Assembly (NCBI GenBank): GCA_034780895.1
Contig: JAUZTB010000068.1
Span: forward strand, 21,472,673-21,536,672
Source: Rhynchobatus australiae
Taxonomy: Eukaryota
DNA length: 64,000 nt
Direction: 5' to 3'
Part shown: positions 1-12,400 of the stretch, piece by piece
How the letters are laid out: each line of letters opens with the position of its first letter
Numbering within the stretch: the first letter of the stretch is position 1
Position numbers and translations under genes: made by a program
The notes under the pieces: model-generated
The model's input: the letters and a program-made list of their open reading frames with translations, nothing else
Told to the model about the DNA's origin: nothing
Databases searched by the model: none

Positions 1-1045
1 GACTATCTACCCTGTCTTTGCTTCTCATAATTTTATATACTTCTATCAGGCCTCCCCTCAGCCTCCTCTGCTTCAGAGAAAACAATCCAAGTTTGTCCAA
101 CTTCTTTTAGCTATCACATTCTAATCCAGGCAACATCACAGCGAATGTCTTCTACATCCTCTCCAAGGCCTCCACATCCTTCTCATAGTGTGGCCACCAG
201 AACTACACACAATATTCTAAAAAGGACCTAACCAAATTTTATACAGCTGCAGCATTACTTGTCAACTTTTATATTCATTGCCCTGACTGATGAAGGCAAA
301 CATGCCGTACTTCTTTACCACCCCATCCACTTGTGTTGCCACTTTCAAGGAATCACAGACTTGGATCCAAAGATCTTTTTGTACATCAATGCCATTTGCT
401 ATACACTTTCCTCTTACATTTCAGCTGCCAAAATAAATCACCTCACACTTGTCCATATTAAGCTCCATTTCTCCATCCAAATTTCCGATGGAAATATATC
501 AGTTGACAACATTCCTCACTGTTCACAACTCCACTAATATGGTGACGTCTGCAAACATACTAATCACCTGCATTTTCATCCATATCTTTTTAAATACAAG
601 GTCCTAGCACTGATCCTTGTGGAATACCACTGGTCACAGACTCCAGCCAGCCACCACTACCCCGTCTTCTATGACCAAACCAAATTTGTATCCATCTTAC
701 CAACTCACTGTGGGTCCCATGTGGCTCAATCTTCTGGACCTGTCTACCATGAGGGACCTTGTCAAATGCTATACTAAAGTACATGCAGAAAACATCCAAA
801 TGCCCTACTCTATTCAATCATCTTTGTAACCTCCTCAAAAAAACTCAAATCAAATTTGAGAGACGGGACCTCCCCAGCACAAAGCCACACTGAGCCCCCC
901 TAACAAGTCCATGGTTTTCCAAATGCAAGTAAATCCTGTCCCTATGAATCTTCTCCAATAATTTTGCTACAATTGATGAAAAACTTACTGGCCTACAATC
1001 TCCTGGATTATCCCCACTGCCTTTCTCCTCCCATATAAGAATTGT
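1..1045 (-). mobile_element. CR1-clade LINE, decayed ORF2 (RT to C-terminal part)
   Basis: Minus-strand ORF pieces NPGDCRPVSFSSIVAKLLEKI (845-1066) and FSIAFDKVPHGR...VTSGIPQGSVLGP (590-817) match CR1 RT motifs. Bases 1-110 read LFSLKQRRLRGGLIEVYKIMR, typical of the CR1 C-terminus. Confidence 0.9.
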
Positions 1046-2458
1046 GCCTTTTGAAATAACTTGCAAATTTATTCTAGAGTATCCACCAACCTGGCATCAA
1101 AAGTTACAACTGGGGTTGGGAGCACTTGACAGTGTCCCAATTAAGTCTCACTCACAATGCACGAGGTTTGGAGAGCAGACCTCACTCAGTTCAGCCCGAC
1201 TTGCCCAACCTTCCCACCAACAACCCAATCCTTGATATCGGCTCCAGTGAGACTGCGGGCCTAACAGTTCAAAAGTCAAGGTGCTGGCAGAAAATCAACC
1301 CCATGCTCATTGTGATCTCTGAACAAAGTGCCAAGATGAGCAATAGAAATTAAATATTGGAACAAACTGAAGATAATCTTGCTCAGCTCATTAACGAGTA
1401 CAGATAGCCCCTCTGAAACAATGACCAGGCATTACTACTACAATTTTAAATAATGTACATCAAGCCCACAATGAACTTTGCACAAACATTTGCCAAATCA
1501 GCTTTATATTCACTGAATATCCACGTTAAATGAATATTAAACTCCCATGTTAGGTCAAGTACTATTTGGCAAATATAAGTTCACCAAGATCTCCTTTCCT
1601 ACTTCATCAATAGTTCCCACACCAATTATTCAAAAGAATATACGAGGTAGGTGATCAATTTGTACACTGTTAATTTTGGCCACCATCCCTACCCTGCTCC
1701 CACTTCAATTTCTGTAATTATTGCAATATAAAATTGGGAGATTTAACGAGTTTTTACATTGACTCACTGTAATATATAGCTGTGTATGCTTTACTTCTGG
1801 ACAGACAGCTTAAGCAAAAGCAGGAAAGGTTCAACATACATACGGAGCACCTTTTTACATGCCGCCTACCGTCCCATCTTCGCTAACAACTAACTAAAGC
1901 AAAACTTCTCCAAATTAATTTTATCATTTAAGAGAATGGTTTAACTATATTGTTGTGTTANNNNNNNNNNNNNNNNNNNNNNNNNNNNNNNNNNNNNNNN
2001 NNNNNNNNNNNNNNNNNNNNNNNNNNNNNNNNNNNNNNNNNNNNNNNNNNNNNNNNNNNNNNNNNNNNNNNNNNNNNNNNNNNNNNNNNNNNNNNNNNNN
2101 NNNNNNNNNNNNNNNNNNNNNNNNNNNNNNNNNNNNNNNNNNNNNNNNNNNNNNNNNNNNNNNNNNNNNNNNNNNNNNNNNNNNNNNNNNNNNNNNNNNN
2201 NNNNNNNNNNNNNNNNNNNNNNNNNNNNNNNNNNNNNNNNNNNNNNNNNNNNNNNNNNNNNNNNNNNNNNNNNNNNNNNNNNNNNNNNNNNNNNNNNNNN
2301 NNNNNNNNNNNNNNNNNNNNNNNNNNNNNNNNNNNNNNNNNNNNNNNNNNNNNNNNNNNNNNNNNNNNNNNNNNNNNNNNNNNNNNNNNNNNNNNNNNNN
2401 NNNNNNNNNNNNNNNNNNNNNNNNNNNNNNNNNNNNNNNNNNNNNNNNNNNNATATGA

Positions 2459-2480
2459 CACACACACACACACACACACA
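2459..2480. repeat. (CA)11 microsatellite
   Basis: Seen directly, next to an N gap. Confidence 0.95.
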
Positions 2481-2599
2481 AACTGCATCATCTACCTGGA
2501 AGAGTTGAAATAAATTTTTATCAGTTCAAGTCCTCACCATGACAGAGATAAACTTATCTTTTATCATCCTGAAATACTTTTACAATTGAAATGTAGTTA

Positions 2600-2840
2600 C
2601 TTCAAGAATGAGGTGTTTTTAGCAAGGTCCCACACACTAATGTGAAAATAATTATATGTCTTAATGTTGTCGTTTGAGGGATTAATACAGCCAGGACACT
2701 TAGAAGCTTTTCCAAGTTCAAAGAGCAGTTAAGCATCTGAGTAACACCACGGACCAGGGTGTTATCCTAGACTTTGTGCTCACATTTCTGGAGTGGAGCT
2801 TGGGGCACAGCCTTAAGTGAGAGGATTACTAATGAATCAT
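2600..2840 (-). mobile_element. Decayed Deu-domain-type (SacSINE1-like) SINE
   Basis: Blocks aaggtcccac...gagggattaatacagccaggacac...cctagactttgtgctca...ctggagtggagcttg are also shared with the copy at 36050-36355. Family name is from recalled consensus. Confidence 0.5.
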
Positions 2841-4177
2841 GGTGGGCAGATTCAGTCAAATGCAACATGCAATGACCAGAGCAGACTGTTGGATAATGTG
2901 CATCATCTGCTATAATATAGTCCTGCACAAAAAGCCAAGGATATTATAGAGCTACAGCAAGTTTTATCTTTTAAACAGGATATTAATTTGACTACATACT
3001 TTAAGTGCTTCCTTCAAAACTTAGTAATAGGAAGTTGAAAGACCAAAACAAAAATAAATCACCTTCCAACCTGGCCTCATCTTGTTCCAATGTTTCAGCC
3101 TATCAAAGGATACAGGTTCTGAAGATTATAAATCCAGTCTGGTCATGAGTATGCTCAGCAATAAACACAAATGCCAATATAAAATTAACTTGCATTGTAT
3201 AAATTAAGATTANNNNNNNNNNNNNNNNNNNNNNNNNNNNNNNNNNNNNNNNNNNNNNNNNNNNNNNNNNNNNNNNNNNNNNNNNNNNNNNNNNNNNNNN
3301 NNNNNNNNNNNNAAAATATTTAAGACTTGGAACAAGATGAATATCTGAAGATGGATTACATTTAAAACTTAACCTTTTCCAGGTTTTGTTTTCAAATCTG
3401 ATGTTATTTTAATCTTAGATTTGTGGTGAAATAAATTAAAAAAAAGCTTTCTTCTTTTACTAAGTGTTTTCTTTTGTTATTTTATATCTTTAACAATTTG
3501 CAATGTGTGTTAAAGTTCTTTTTAAAAATATTGTTTTGATCCATTCAATTGGAATGCAAAGATAGCCAATCATTTATCAAAGCAATTTCATGAGAGAGGT
3601 TTGAGGCAAGTTATTTTCCTTCACTTTATTGGTATTGGTTTATCTTCCTCTTCTGAAATTGCTGATTCATGTTGAAGAACATGAAGGATGCCCAGTGCTC
3701 TGAGCCAAAATGTTTGTATCTAGACAATGTACCAGGACATTGCTGACTCCCAAATCCCTCTACCTTGATACATGGTGCAATTATTCGCTGAATCATCGAC
3801 ACCGCCATTAATGGTGTCTTGGGAAAATGTTCAGTTTGGTTGCTTGTAGGCCTTTAAGAGTGCCACACAGGCAGGCAGTTCTATGTTTACTTTGGAAATG
3901 AAGGGAAAGCAAATCTGTCTAATTTATTATTTGTTGTGAACTGAGCAGCAAAATAAGAGTCTCTGTGATACCACCACACTTGACCTGGTGCTGACATAGT
4001 ACTCCCAGGATGGCCAAAAACTTGTTATCACTACTGGAGTTAGTAAGGGTGAGTCATGTCTTGTGTTCTAGAGTGGAGTGTTTGAGACCTTTTGTTCTTT
4101 GCTCAGAATCATTCCATAGTTTAAAACAATGAATCTTTGCGTTTATTAAAACAAAACATTTTTAAAATGCCTTACAG

Positions 4178-4269
4178 TATTACCAATGAAGCTGGTGCCT
4201 CCATATACAGTGTTAGCCCGGAGGCTGCTAAAGAGATGCCCGATCTGGATCCTAATATCAGAAGTGCAG
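4178..4269 (+). CDS. SRBD1: Internal coding exon of SRBD1 (S1 RNA-binding domain protein 1, Tex-like; YqgF/RNase H-like region)
   Basis: Splice context is ccttacag|TATTACC...AGTGCAG|gtaagc; 92 nt, phase 2 in and phase 1 out. It translates as (C)[30 protein letters not shown](V), near-identical to the recalled vertebrate SRBD1 segment [32 protein letters not shown] (Tex-family EAGASxYS motif). Confidence 0.93.
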
Positions 4270-4849
4270 GTAAGCTAAATTCCAATTCATTTGTGTGAAA
4301 GTGTGCATATGGTTAATTAAACATTTAGATTGCTGGCTTTATTTAAATAAAATTTGTAGCTGGTATCAGAAAAGGAGGAAGGTATCTGGCAATCATGAGT
4401 CATATAATGGTCAATGGTTTAAAAATAGAACAGTATCATTTAAATTTTTTTGCACGTTTCACTTCCCCTCTATGAAGAACTGTCATAACCCAGTTACAAC
4501 TCCCAGATAATGAGGAATTTACTGTCCATTTCAAGGAATTTGTAACCCAAATCTGCATACAACTCTTTCATGATTTAATGCATAATCACCTAAATGGGTT
4601 GCAGACATTCACCTAATAAAAAAAATCCAGAAAGATAAACAATTTCCATGAGTAAATAAGAACTCTCACGAAAATGCAAATTATGCCGCATTTACACCAT
4701 CATGTGCAATACTTGAATGCCACATAATCCAGATTAACTGGATAACCAACTCTAAATACTAGCAACAGAATCAAGAGATAATTTTTCAAACTCCACTAAT
4801 ATTTATCAGCAGCTTGATAGCCATGAAACATTACTTGCAAGAATAAATC

Positions 4850-5195
4850 CAATAGGAGGCCACACGGATGTAACACCATGGTAAATCCTGTGCCTCAACT
4901 TGTACACATTTTCCCCTTAGTTGATTTCCTTAGTGTCTAAAAATCTATTGATCAACAGCGTAATGCACGCCCTACCTGCAGAATTCTAGAACCCCTGCTG
5001 ATGGAAATTTCGCATCTCAGTCCTAAATGACCAACTCCTTGCCATGAGATTATGTCCCTAGTTGTAGGTTCTCCAACTGGAGGAAATAACCTTTTGACAG
5101 CGACCCAGTCAATCCCTGACAGAATCTTGTATGGCTCAGTGAGATCATCTCACTTTTCTTATCCCCAGTGAGTGGAGCTTCCTAAATTATCATAT
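4850..5195 (-). mobile_element. CR1 LINE 3' end, decayed
   Basis: Reverse CR1 3' pattern: aggaggcc...aaaaatctattgatc...tcagtcctaaatg...ccctagttgtaggttctcc...gaatcttgtatggctcagtgagatc. Confidence 0.7.
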
Positions 5196-6424
5196 CCAAT
5201 TTTATTTCAGTGTGAGGACAGTGTGAGAAAGAGTGGCAGTTTGGAAAGAAGAACGGAGGACATAAACTTTAACCAATATGTTAAAATGCCATCACTGCAA
5301 AGATAATTATTCTCACTTACAACTATTCAAGATTTATAAATGATACATGTTTATATTACTCCAACAATTAAAAACCAAACAGCCTCAATTGCACCATTAC
5401 CATAACTACAGAAGAAATAGAATGAAGCATTGTACTGACCCATGCAACACATCAAGGAGACCAGGCTTGCATTTAGTTCTCTGTCATTACTGTAGAGACC
5501 CCACATGTTTGCGGCACGCAATGCTGACATGCTTTCCTTTTCTCCTGCAAGTTTGAAACTTTAGAGCAGTAGAATACAATTATGAAGCAATTAGCCAAGT
5601 GTGTGGCAAGATGTTATAAACTGCCCACTTTCTGAAAACTCCTTATTGAAGGATTTGTTCATTTCCTCTTCTGTTCAAATCACCTTAACTGCCTTTGCAC
5701 ACCACCAAACTTAGAAGCCTATATTAAGTTGAATGTCACTGTCTGTGGGAGACAAACTTTGAATCCGAAGTTTAGGAACAAAATGTTCGATGGATTTATT
5801 GAGAGAACTTGAACTTATAGCAGCAGAGGTGAAGAAACGACCAGTCTCTCAGTAAAGAGTAACACACTGCCACTTGCATCAGCACATTTCTACAGTTAGT
5901 GCAATGTCTTACAAATTCCAGACAAGCTTGCTCCAGCCGCCCAGTTGCCAAGAAAATTACAGACAAATCAAAAGAGTTGTGTCTTCATTCTTCTCTAATA
6001 ATTAATTTTCCAGTGATCCACAGTACTGAGCTGAATCAGGCATGCAGGAATGTACACAAGCTGCAACCATTTCCCTTTTTGCTTGCTTCGACCTGACAGC
6101 ATGAACAAATTGTTCAGAGCTATAAATATCTTCCACAGCTCTGGTATTAGGCAGCAAGCTTTTAATCCGGTATAGTAATAATTTCCTAACTTCTCTGCTG
6201 GTCTGCGTGAATGGTTTACAATACATTCAGTCCTCATTATTTGCTGATTTGCTCTCCACAGATCCAAGTCAATTTTCTTTCTAATAATCCTATCTATGTA
6301 CATGTACACATTGAAGAACCAATCATTGTTTGTGTAAATACTGTAAATGGTTTCCAGACCACTTGTGTCAAGTGGCTCCCTGCCATGCTCTATTTTCACA
6401 GAGAGCAGTTATGTTTACCATAAA

Positions 6425-6644
6425 TTCCCAATGTCAAATGAGATCCATCCCAGGTTGCTATAGAAAGCAAGTTAGGAGATAGTTGGGACCTTGACAGAGA
6501 TTTTTGCATCTTCGTTAGCCATAAGTGAGGTGCCAGAAGACTGAAGGAAAGCTAATGTTTTTCCTTTATTTAAGAAGGATAACAGGGATAAGCCAGGTAA
6601 CTACAGGTCGGTGAACCTTATGTTAGTGGCAGGGAAATTACTGA
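6425..6644 (+). mobile_element. CR1 LINE ORF2 fragment (start of RT), truncated by a gap
   Basis: Translates EIHPRLL..TLTEIFASSLA.SEVPED*RKANVFPLFKKDNRDKPGNYRSVNL. Confidence 0.87.
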
Positions 6645-7179
6645 NNNNNNNNNNNNNNNNNNNNNNNNNNNNNNNNNNNNNNNNNNNNNNNNNNNNNNNN
6701 NNNNNNNNNNNNNNNNNNNNNNNNNNNNNNNNNNNNNNNNNNNNTGCCGATTTTACAGTCAACCAAAAATAAAAATCACTTGATAAAGTCCCTTTTAAGA
6801 ATGCGCACACTTTCCACTACTGAAGGAGAATAGGATTTGGCAGAATTTTTAAAAAGGCCACAAGAGTGAACCTGGGCTATTGTAAAAAAAAATTGCATGT
6901 AATGCACAGAAGGCTTCACCTCTCTTGGCTGAAGAGAAATCAGAGGAAATTCAGTAATATTTTTGCTCAGACTTTTTAGTATTTTGGTCATTCTCATGCG
7001 TGTAGTTAAATGCAAATTATTTAGGACTAGTGGTACGATTCCAACTTGGAAGAGGAAAATTGTATGAAATTTGGTACGTAGAGACTATTGAAATCCTTCA
7101 AAATTCCAGTCTTCTTGACTACCCTTTTCTAGGGTAATTATCACCAGCTTCGAGCTCAGATCCTCCATTAAATGGTATT

Positions 7180-9255
7180 GGCAGCCCAGTAGTTGACTAA
7201 GTTGTCTGGGTACTCAAAAGGCCTGGACTAATATTCTGGATGAGCAAATATTGCCATGGCAGCCATAGGATTTAAATTCAATTAGTAATTAGGAAGAAAA
7301 TAAAAAGCAAAAACGAGCCTTACTAATAATAACCCTGAAAGTACCAATTTATCATTAAAAACCCATCTGCTTCACTAGTGAGTGGTGGAGTGGGGGCAAA
7401 ATGCTGCCTGATCTGCTGAATGTTTACAGCACTTGGTTTTTATTTCCTATTTCCATCATCTGCAGATTTTATTTCACTTCCATCCACACCTGCAGCAATG
7501 TGGTCGACTCTTAACTCCTCTCTGAAACTTACAAGCAAACCAAATAGCTGCATCATAACCACCATGTTAAAAGAGAATTAGATAAAACCAATTGACCACC
7601 TTGGCATTGACCAAAAAAACACCAAATACAGGCAAAGTCTCTCCCAGCCCATCCAGCTTTGCAAAGTCATCCTCACAAAATTAGTCAGGTAATAGCCTTG
7701 CATTCAGATCATACTTCACACACAATGTGTCAGACCTCTCCATCATAATCCCTGGATACATCTCCCTCATCAGTAGGTCAGACCAACCAGAGAAGGTACA
7801 CACCACTATATCTGATGGAGTATTGAGGACTCTCAGGCTACACCTTAAGACCTCATTAATTCAAGGCATCAAGTTAAACATGGGCAAGGAAACCAGATTA
7901 TCACCTAACACCTTTTTTCAGCATTTGTTGAGCAATGCTTGAAGCAGTAAAGTAGAAAGAGGACAGAACTTACTTTGGATAGGAGACTCCAATGACCATC
8001 TCAAAGTGCCTGGGAGCACCATCTTTGACCAAGCTAGCCATGTCCTGGGTCTGCAGAAGGCAGTGCACAAACCAACACAAGGGATAACATCTTTCAGGGA
8101 AGGAAATCTACTATCTTTAACCCGTATGACCTAATTGTGACCCCACCAATCACCTGTGGCAGATCACCTGTCTGATTGCACTGGGAGAAGTGACCAATAC
8201 ACTGCCCTTGTGGAGATGAAGTTCCATCCTCACAGCTTCATNNNNNNNNNNGACTAAATTAGCACAGTCTGGTAACCCAAAACTGGGCACTCATGGGCCA
8301 TCAGAAGTGGCAGAAATGTGCACCACCACAAGTCCTAGGCCATATGGTCATGGCATCTCACTCTACCCTTTAAACTACAACAGGTGATCAACCATGGTTC
8401 AAGGAGGGGTACAGAATGGTACATCAGGAGAAGCAGCAGATAACTAAAATTGATGTACCAACCTGCTGAAGCTGCAATGCCACATGCATGCTAATTAGCA
8501 AAATAAACAGCATCAAGTAGATACAGGTAAATGCCTCCAAACCAATGGCTCAGATTCATGCTCTACAGTCCTGCCACATCAAGCCATGTCATAAATAGTG
8601 GTGGACAGTTAAACAGCTAAGAGAAGAAGACTCCAAGAGCATCCCCATCCACAACAATGGTGGGACCCAGCACGTGTGTGATGAAAGAGATGAGTGAAGC
8701 ATTCACAGCCATGTTTTGCCAGAAGTGTTGAGTTGATGAACCAGATTTTCTACCAAGTTCCTCACAATTACAGAAACCAGGCTTCAGCCAATTTAATTCA
8801 TCACACATGATATCAAGAAACAGCCAAGACTGCTGGAATCAGTAAAGGCTACAGAACCAGACAGCATCCAGGCTTGAGCTCCAGTGCTAGTTGCATCTCG
8901 AGACAAGCTGTTCCAGTGTAGATACAATAATGATGTGTGACAGGTCAACTAGACTATCATACTCTTCAAGTCACCTCCCAAACTTGCAATATCTAGTATT
9001 TAGGAAGAACAAAGAAAGCAGGCACACTTGAACACCATCACCACCACGTCCCCTTCCAAATCACACACCATTTGATTTGGAAAAGTATCAACAATTCTTC
9101 AAAGGTTGAAGTTCCAAGACTTAACTAACAGCACCAAGAGATAAAATTTATAAAAAGGATTGCAAAATTTATAAAAAGTTTATAAAACTCATCACCACCT
9201 TCTCAGGGCAAGGAGAAATGGATAGTAAATGCTAGCAGCACCTTGATCCCAAGTG
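7180..9255 (+). mobile_element. Decayed non-LTR retrotransposon (APE endonuclease, CR1/L2-related) with internal deletion and intact-looking 3' tail
   Basis: APE motifs LWIGDSNDH (~7972-8000, GDFN-like) and GRSDQYTALVEMK (~8183-8221, SDH-like); QPWF at ~8390. The 3' tail (ttccaaatcacacaccat...caccaccttctcagggcaa...taaatgct) is shared with 43930-44317. Confidence 0.7.
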
Positions 9256-9299
9256 TACTGCACTAACAAATTATGCTACCGTTTGGACAAAAAACTAAA

Positions 9300-9433
9300 T
9301 AGAGGTCCTTTCTGGCATAACTAAAAGATGTTATGCAGTATGTCCATGATTAACAGATAAGTTATCATCTGTGGCTCAGCCAAATCTTATCCGTCAATCA
9401 ACATCACTCTTAACAGATTATCTGGCCACTACT
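9300..9433 (+). mobile_element. Partial Deu-type SINE
   Basis: tcaatcaacatcactcttaacagattatctggcca is the reverse-complement counterpart of blocks in the 2600 and 36050 copies. Confidence 0.4.
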
Positions 9434-12400
9434 NNNNNNNNNNNNNNNNNNNNNNNNNNNNNNNNNNNNNNNNNNNNNNNNNNNNNNNNNNNNNNNNNNN
9501 NNNNNNNNNNNNNNNNNNNNNNNNNNNNNNNNNNNNNNNNNNNNNNNNNNNNNNNNNNNNNNNNNNNNNNNNNNNNNNNNNNNNNNNNNNNNNNNNNNNN
9601 NNNNNNNNNNNNNNNNNNNNNNNNNNNNNNNNNNNNNNNNNNNNNNNNNNNNNNNNNNNNNNNNNCCATTAATTTCTTGCAACATTGTTATTTCATTTTT
9701 TGGTGTGTGGCCTTACAGGAAGGACTGACATTTATTCACTTTCATTAGTTGCCTTTGGGAACGTGATGCTGATCTGACTTCTTAAACTGCCAAAGCCCTG
9801 TTTCATTCAGCTCTGCTGGTGTTTTACTCTAAGGAGCTGCTTGTTCAGTTTTGGAGAAATGGAGTGGCTTCAACACTTTGTTTATGCTGTTGATAAATTA
9901 CTGGCATTTTTTTAAAATGCCCATTTTAGAATGAACTGCATGCACCACTGAATGGTTTTCAAAGGGTACAAATTGGCAGCAATGAATTAAAATACATCTG
10001 CATTCTATTTTACATCCTTATAGGTACATTTCCAGTGAGGTCATAAAGATTTTTATTATAACCACTCAATTTTTTTCAGAAATTCATTCCAGTACATGAA
10101 ATGATGTTTAAAGTGACAGTGTAAAAATCAAACTTTTGATCAGTGACATGAACATGAAATGCACTATCAAAACCAAAAACCTTGTTCAGTTGCAGTAAGA
10201 GCTGACCACCTAAATCTTGTAACAGAACAAGAAGGGATACTAAACTTGATTCAGGATCCCATTTTCAAATCAAACTATTACAGATAAATCAATAATGTGA
10301 GCATGTGCTTATTCAATTTTCAAAACAGCCAACTATAATAATGAAGTACTGGATTTCCATTTCAATTACTTTGTAATGCATCATATACCCAGAATGCTCC
10401 AGGTTTAGTTATGCAAATGCAAGTTGTTTTCTATAAAAATAAACATACTTATGTGCAATTACTCCTTTTAATTGGCATCAACTGTACCAGCAACCTATTT
10501 TTTTCTAACTCCTTGGGAAACAAAAAGGTGCAAATGTTGACTTCAGTTCTAAGAAATCACGTCAAACCGAATTCTTTTCAACATCAACTTCGCTTTTTTC
10601 AAAATAACATTTACAACAAATTATCCTTTTTTTTTGGTATTTAAGAAAATTTAGAGTTGTATTTTAGAAATTCAGGAATAAAAATATTGTTTTTAAATTT
10701 TTCATTTGAAGTGAAATTACTCCTGTTCATAAGTTGTTAAACAAGATTTTTTTTTGAAAAGCTTGTACCCAAAATAGCATTTTAAATTTTGAATAATTGT
10801 GATTTGAATAATGCTTTTCATCCCAATGTGTTCCAGACAGAAATGAGATTTCAAACCCTGTTTAATGTATCTGGTTGGTTTTGTACCACTGCTGCAGCCC
10901 AATCCCAAAAAGGAATGGAAATAAATGGAGCCTGAGTTCATTTCATTGCACAGTGAACAACTCCCAGTTAAGTGCTGGAACAACTTAAGCAGAATAAAGA
11001 AAACAGGCATCACACACACAAGGTTCAAAGTTTATTTGAAATGCTTAATACCGGCTCCAGGCAGAATCATGCATTACAATATGGAGAATACTCACCTTTT
11101 CTGCCTAGATTACGTCTGCAATAGAACCAGTAGGTAACAATGATGAGAAAATGTCCAACAACAAATAATGCAGGCAGTAACAAGGAAGAGCTGCGTACTG
11201 GCATTTTTCCACCAACAATCCTCCTTGGAAACTGAAAATTGTCTGCAACAGATTCTTCTTAGTTTATGCTTCTGCACTTAAAATTAGGTAATTTTTTCAG
11301 CTCTTCAAGGGAATAACCACGGCAGCTTCCTGCATACATATATTTCCGGTGCTTAACCAGCTTTTGAAATAAATAACTTGAGAAAAAAAATATTTTAAGG
11401 TCGAGCAGGTTTTCTTCCCACCACCCCCCCAACTCAGTCTCTTTACCATTTTATAACTTTACAACGTGCAGAGATGTCGATGAATTGCAGTCCCTGATGA
11501 AATGAAAATGAACTTTGAGGTTGAGCTTTCAACCACCGCAATTTACTTATTCTGGTTAGTCTGATCAGCCACTTAGCAAGGGACAAGTGGAATCGGTAAC
11601 ATGTTAGAATTCACAAGAATTCAGTATGAACAATTATCGACTCATCAATGACTGCATTAAACAGGTACTCAGAATAAAGAAGTGGTTGTGTGGTTATTTT
11701 GGATATCAGCAATATACCTGGANNNNNNNNNNNNNNNNNNNNNNNNNNNNNNNNNNNNNNNNNNNNNNNNNNNNNNNNNNNNNNNNNNNNNNNNNNNNNN
11801 NNNNNNNNNNNNNNNNNNNNNNNNNNNNNNNNNNNNNNNNNNNNNNNNNNNNNNNNNNNNNNNNNNNNNNNNNNNNNNNNNNNNNNNNNNNNNNNNNNNN
11901 NNNNNNNNNNNNNNNNNNNNNNNNNNNNNNNNNNNNNNNNNNNNNNNNNNNNNNNNNNNNNNNNNNNNNNNNNNNNNNNNNNNNNNNNNNNNNNNNNNNN
12001 NNNNNNNNNNNNNNNNNNNNNNNNNNNNNNNNNNNNNNNNNNNNNNNNNNNNNNNNNNNNNNNNNNNNNNNNNNNNNNNNNNNNNNNNNNNNNNNNNNNN
12101 NNNNNNNNNNNNNNNNNNNNNNNNNNNNNATCTCAAAGCAAGCAGTCAGTGGAGAGATGGTTAAGCATAATAGGCAGGTTAGATTTGAAGATTTGATAAC
12201 AGTGCTAAATTACAATCTATTGCAACTGTAATGGATGCCACATCAACCATCATCAATTGATGTCTGGGCTAAAAGGTATGGTCAAGTAGTCAAAATATAC
12301 TGTTTTATAACAGCACAAGCTAAAGACTCCAGTTTCGAAGGATGATCCTGATACAAAAAAAAATCAAATGATCACTTTGATTGTAAATCTGTTAGTTCTG

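Noticed and set aside
11205-11230. RRIVGG (trypsin-like activation motif) in frame upstream of the candidate TM ORF
   Set aside because: No protease sequence follows (no PW...L, no catalytic motifs); chance hexapeptide.
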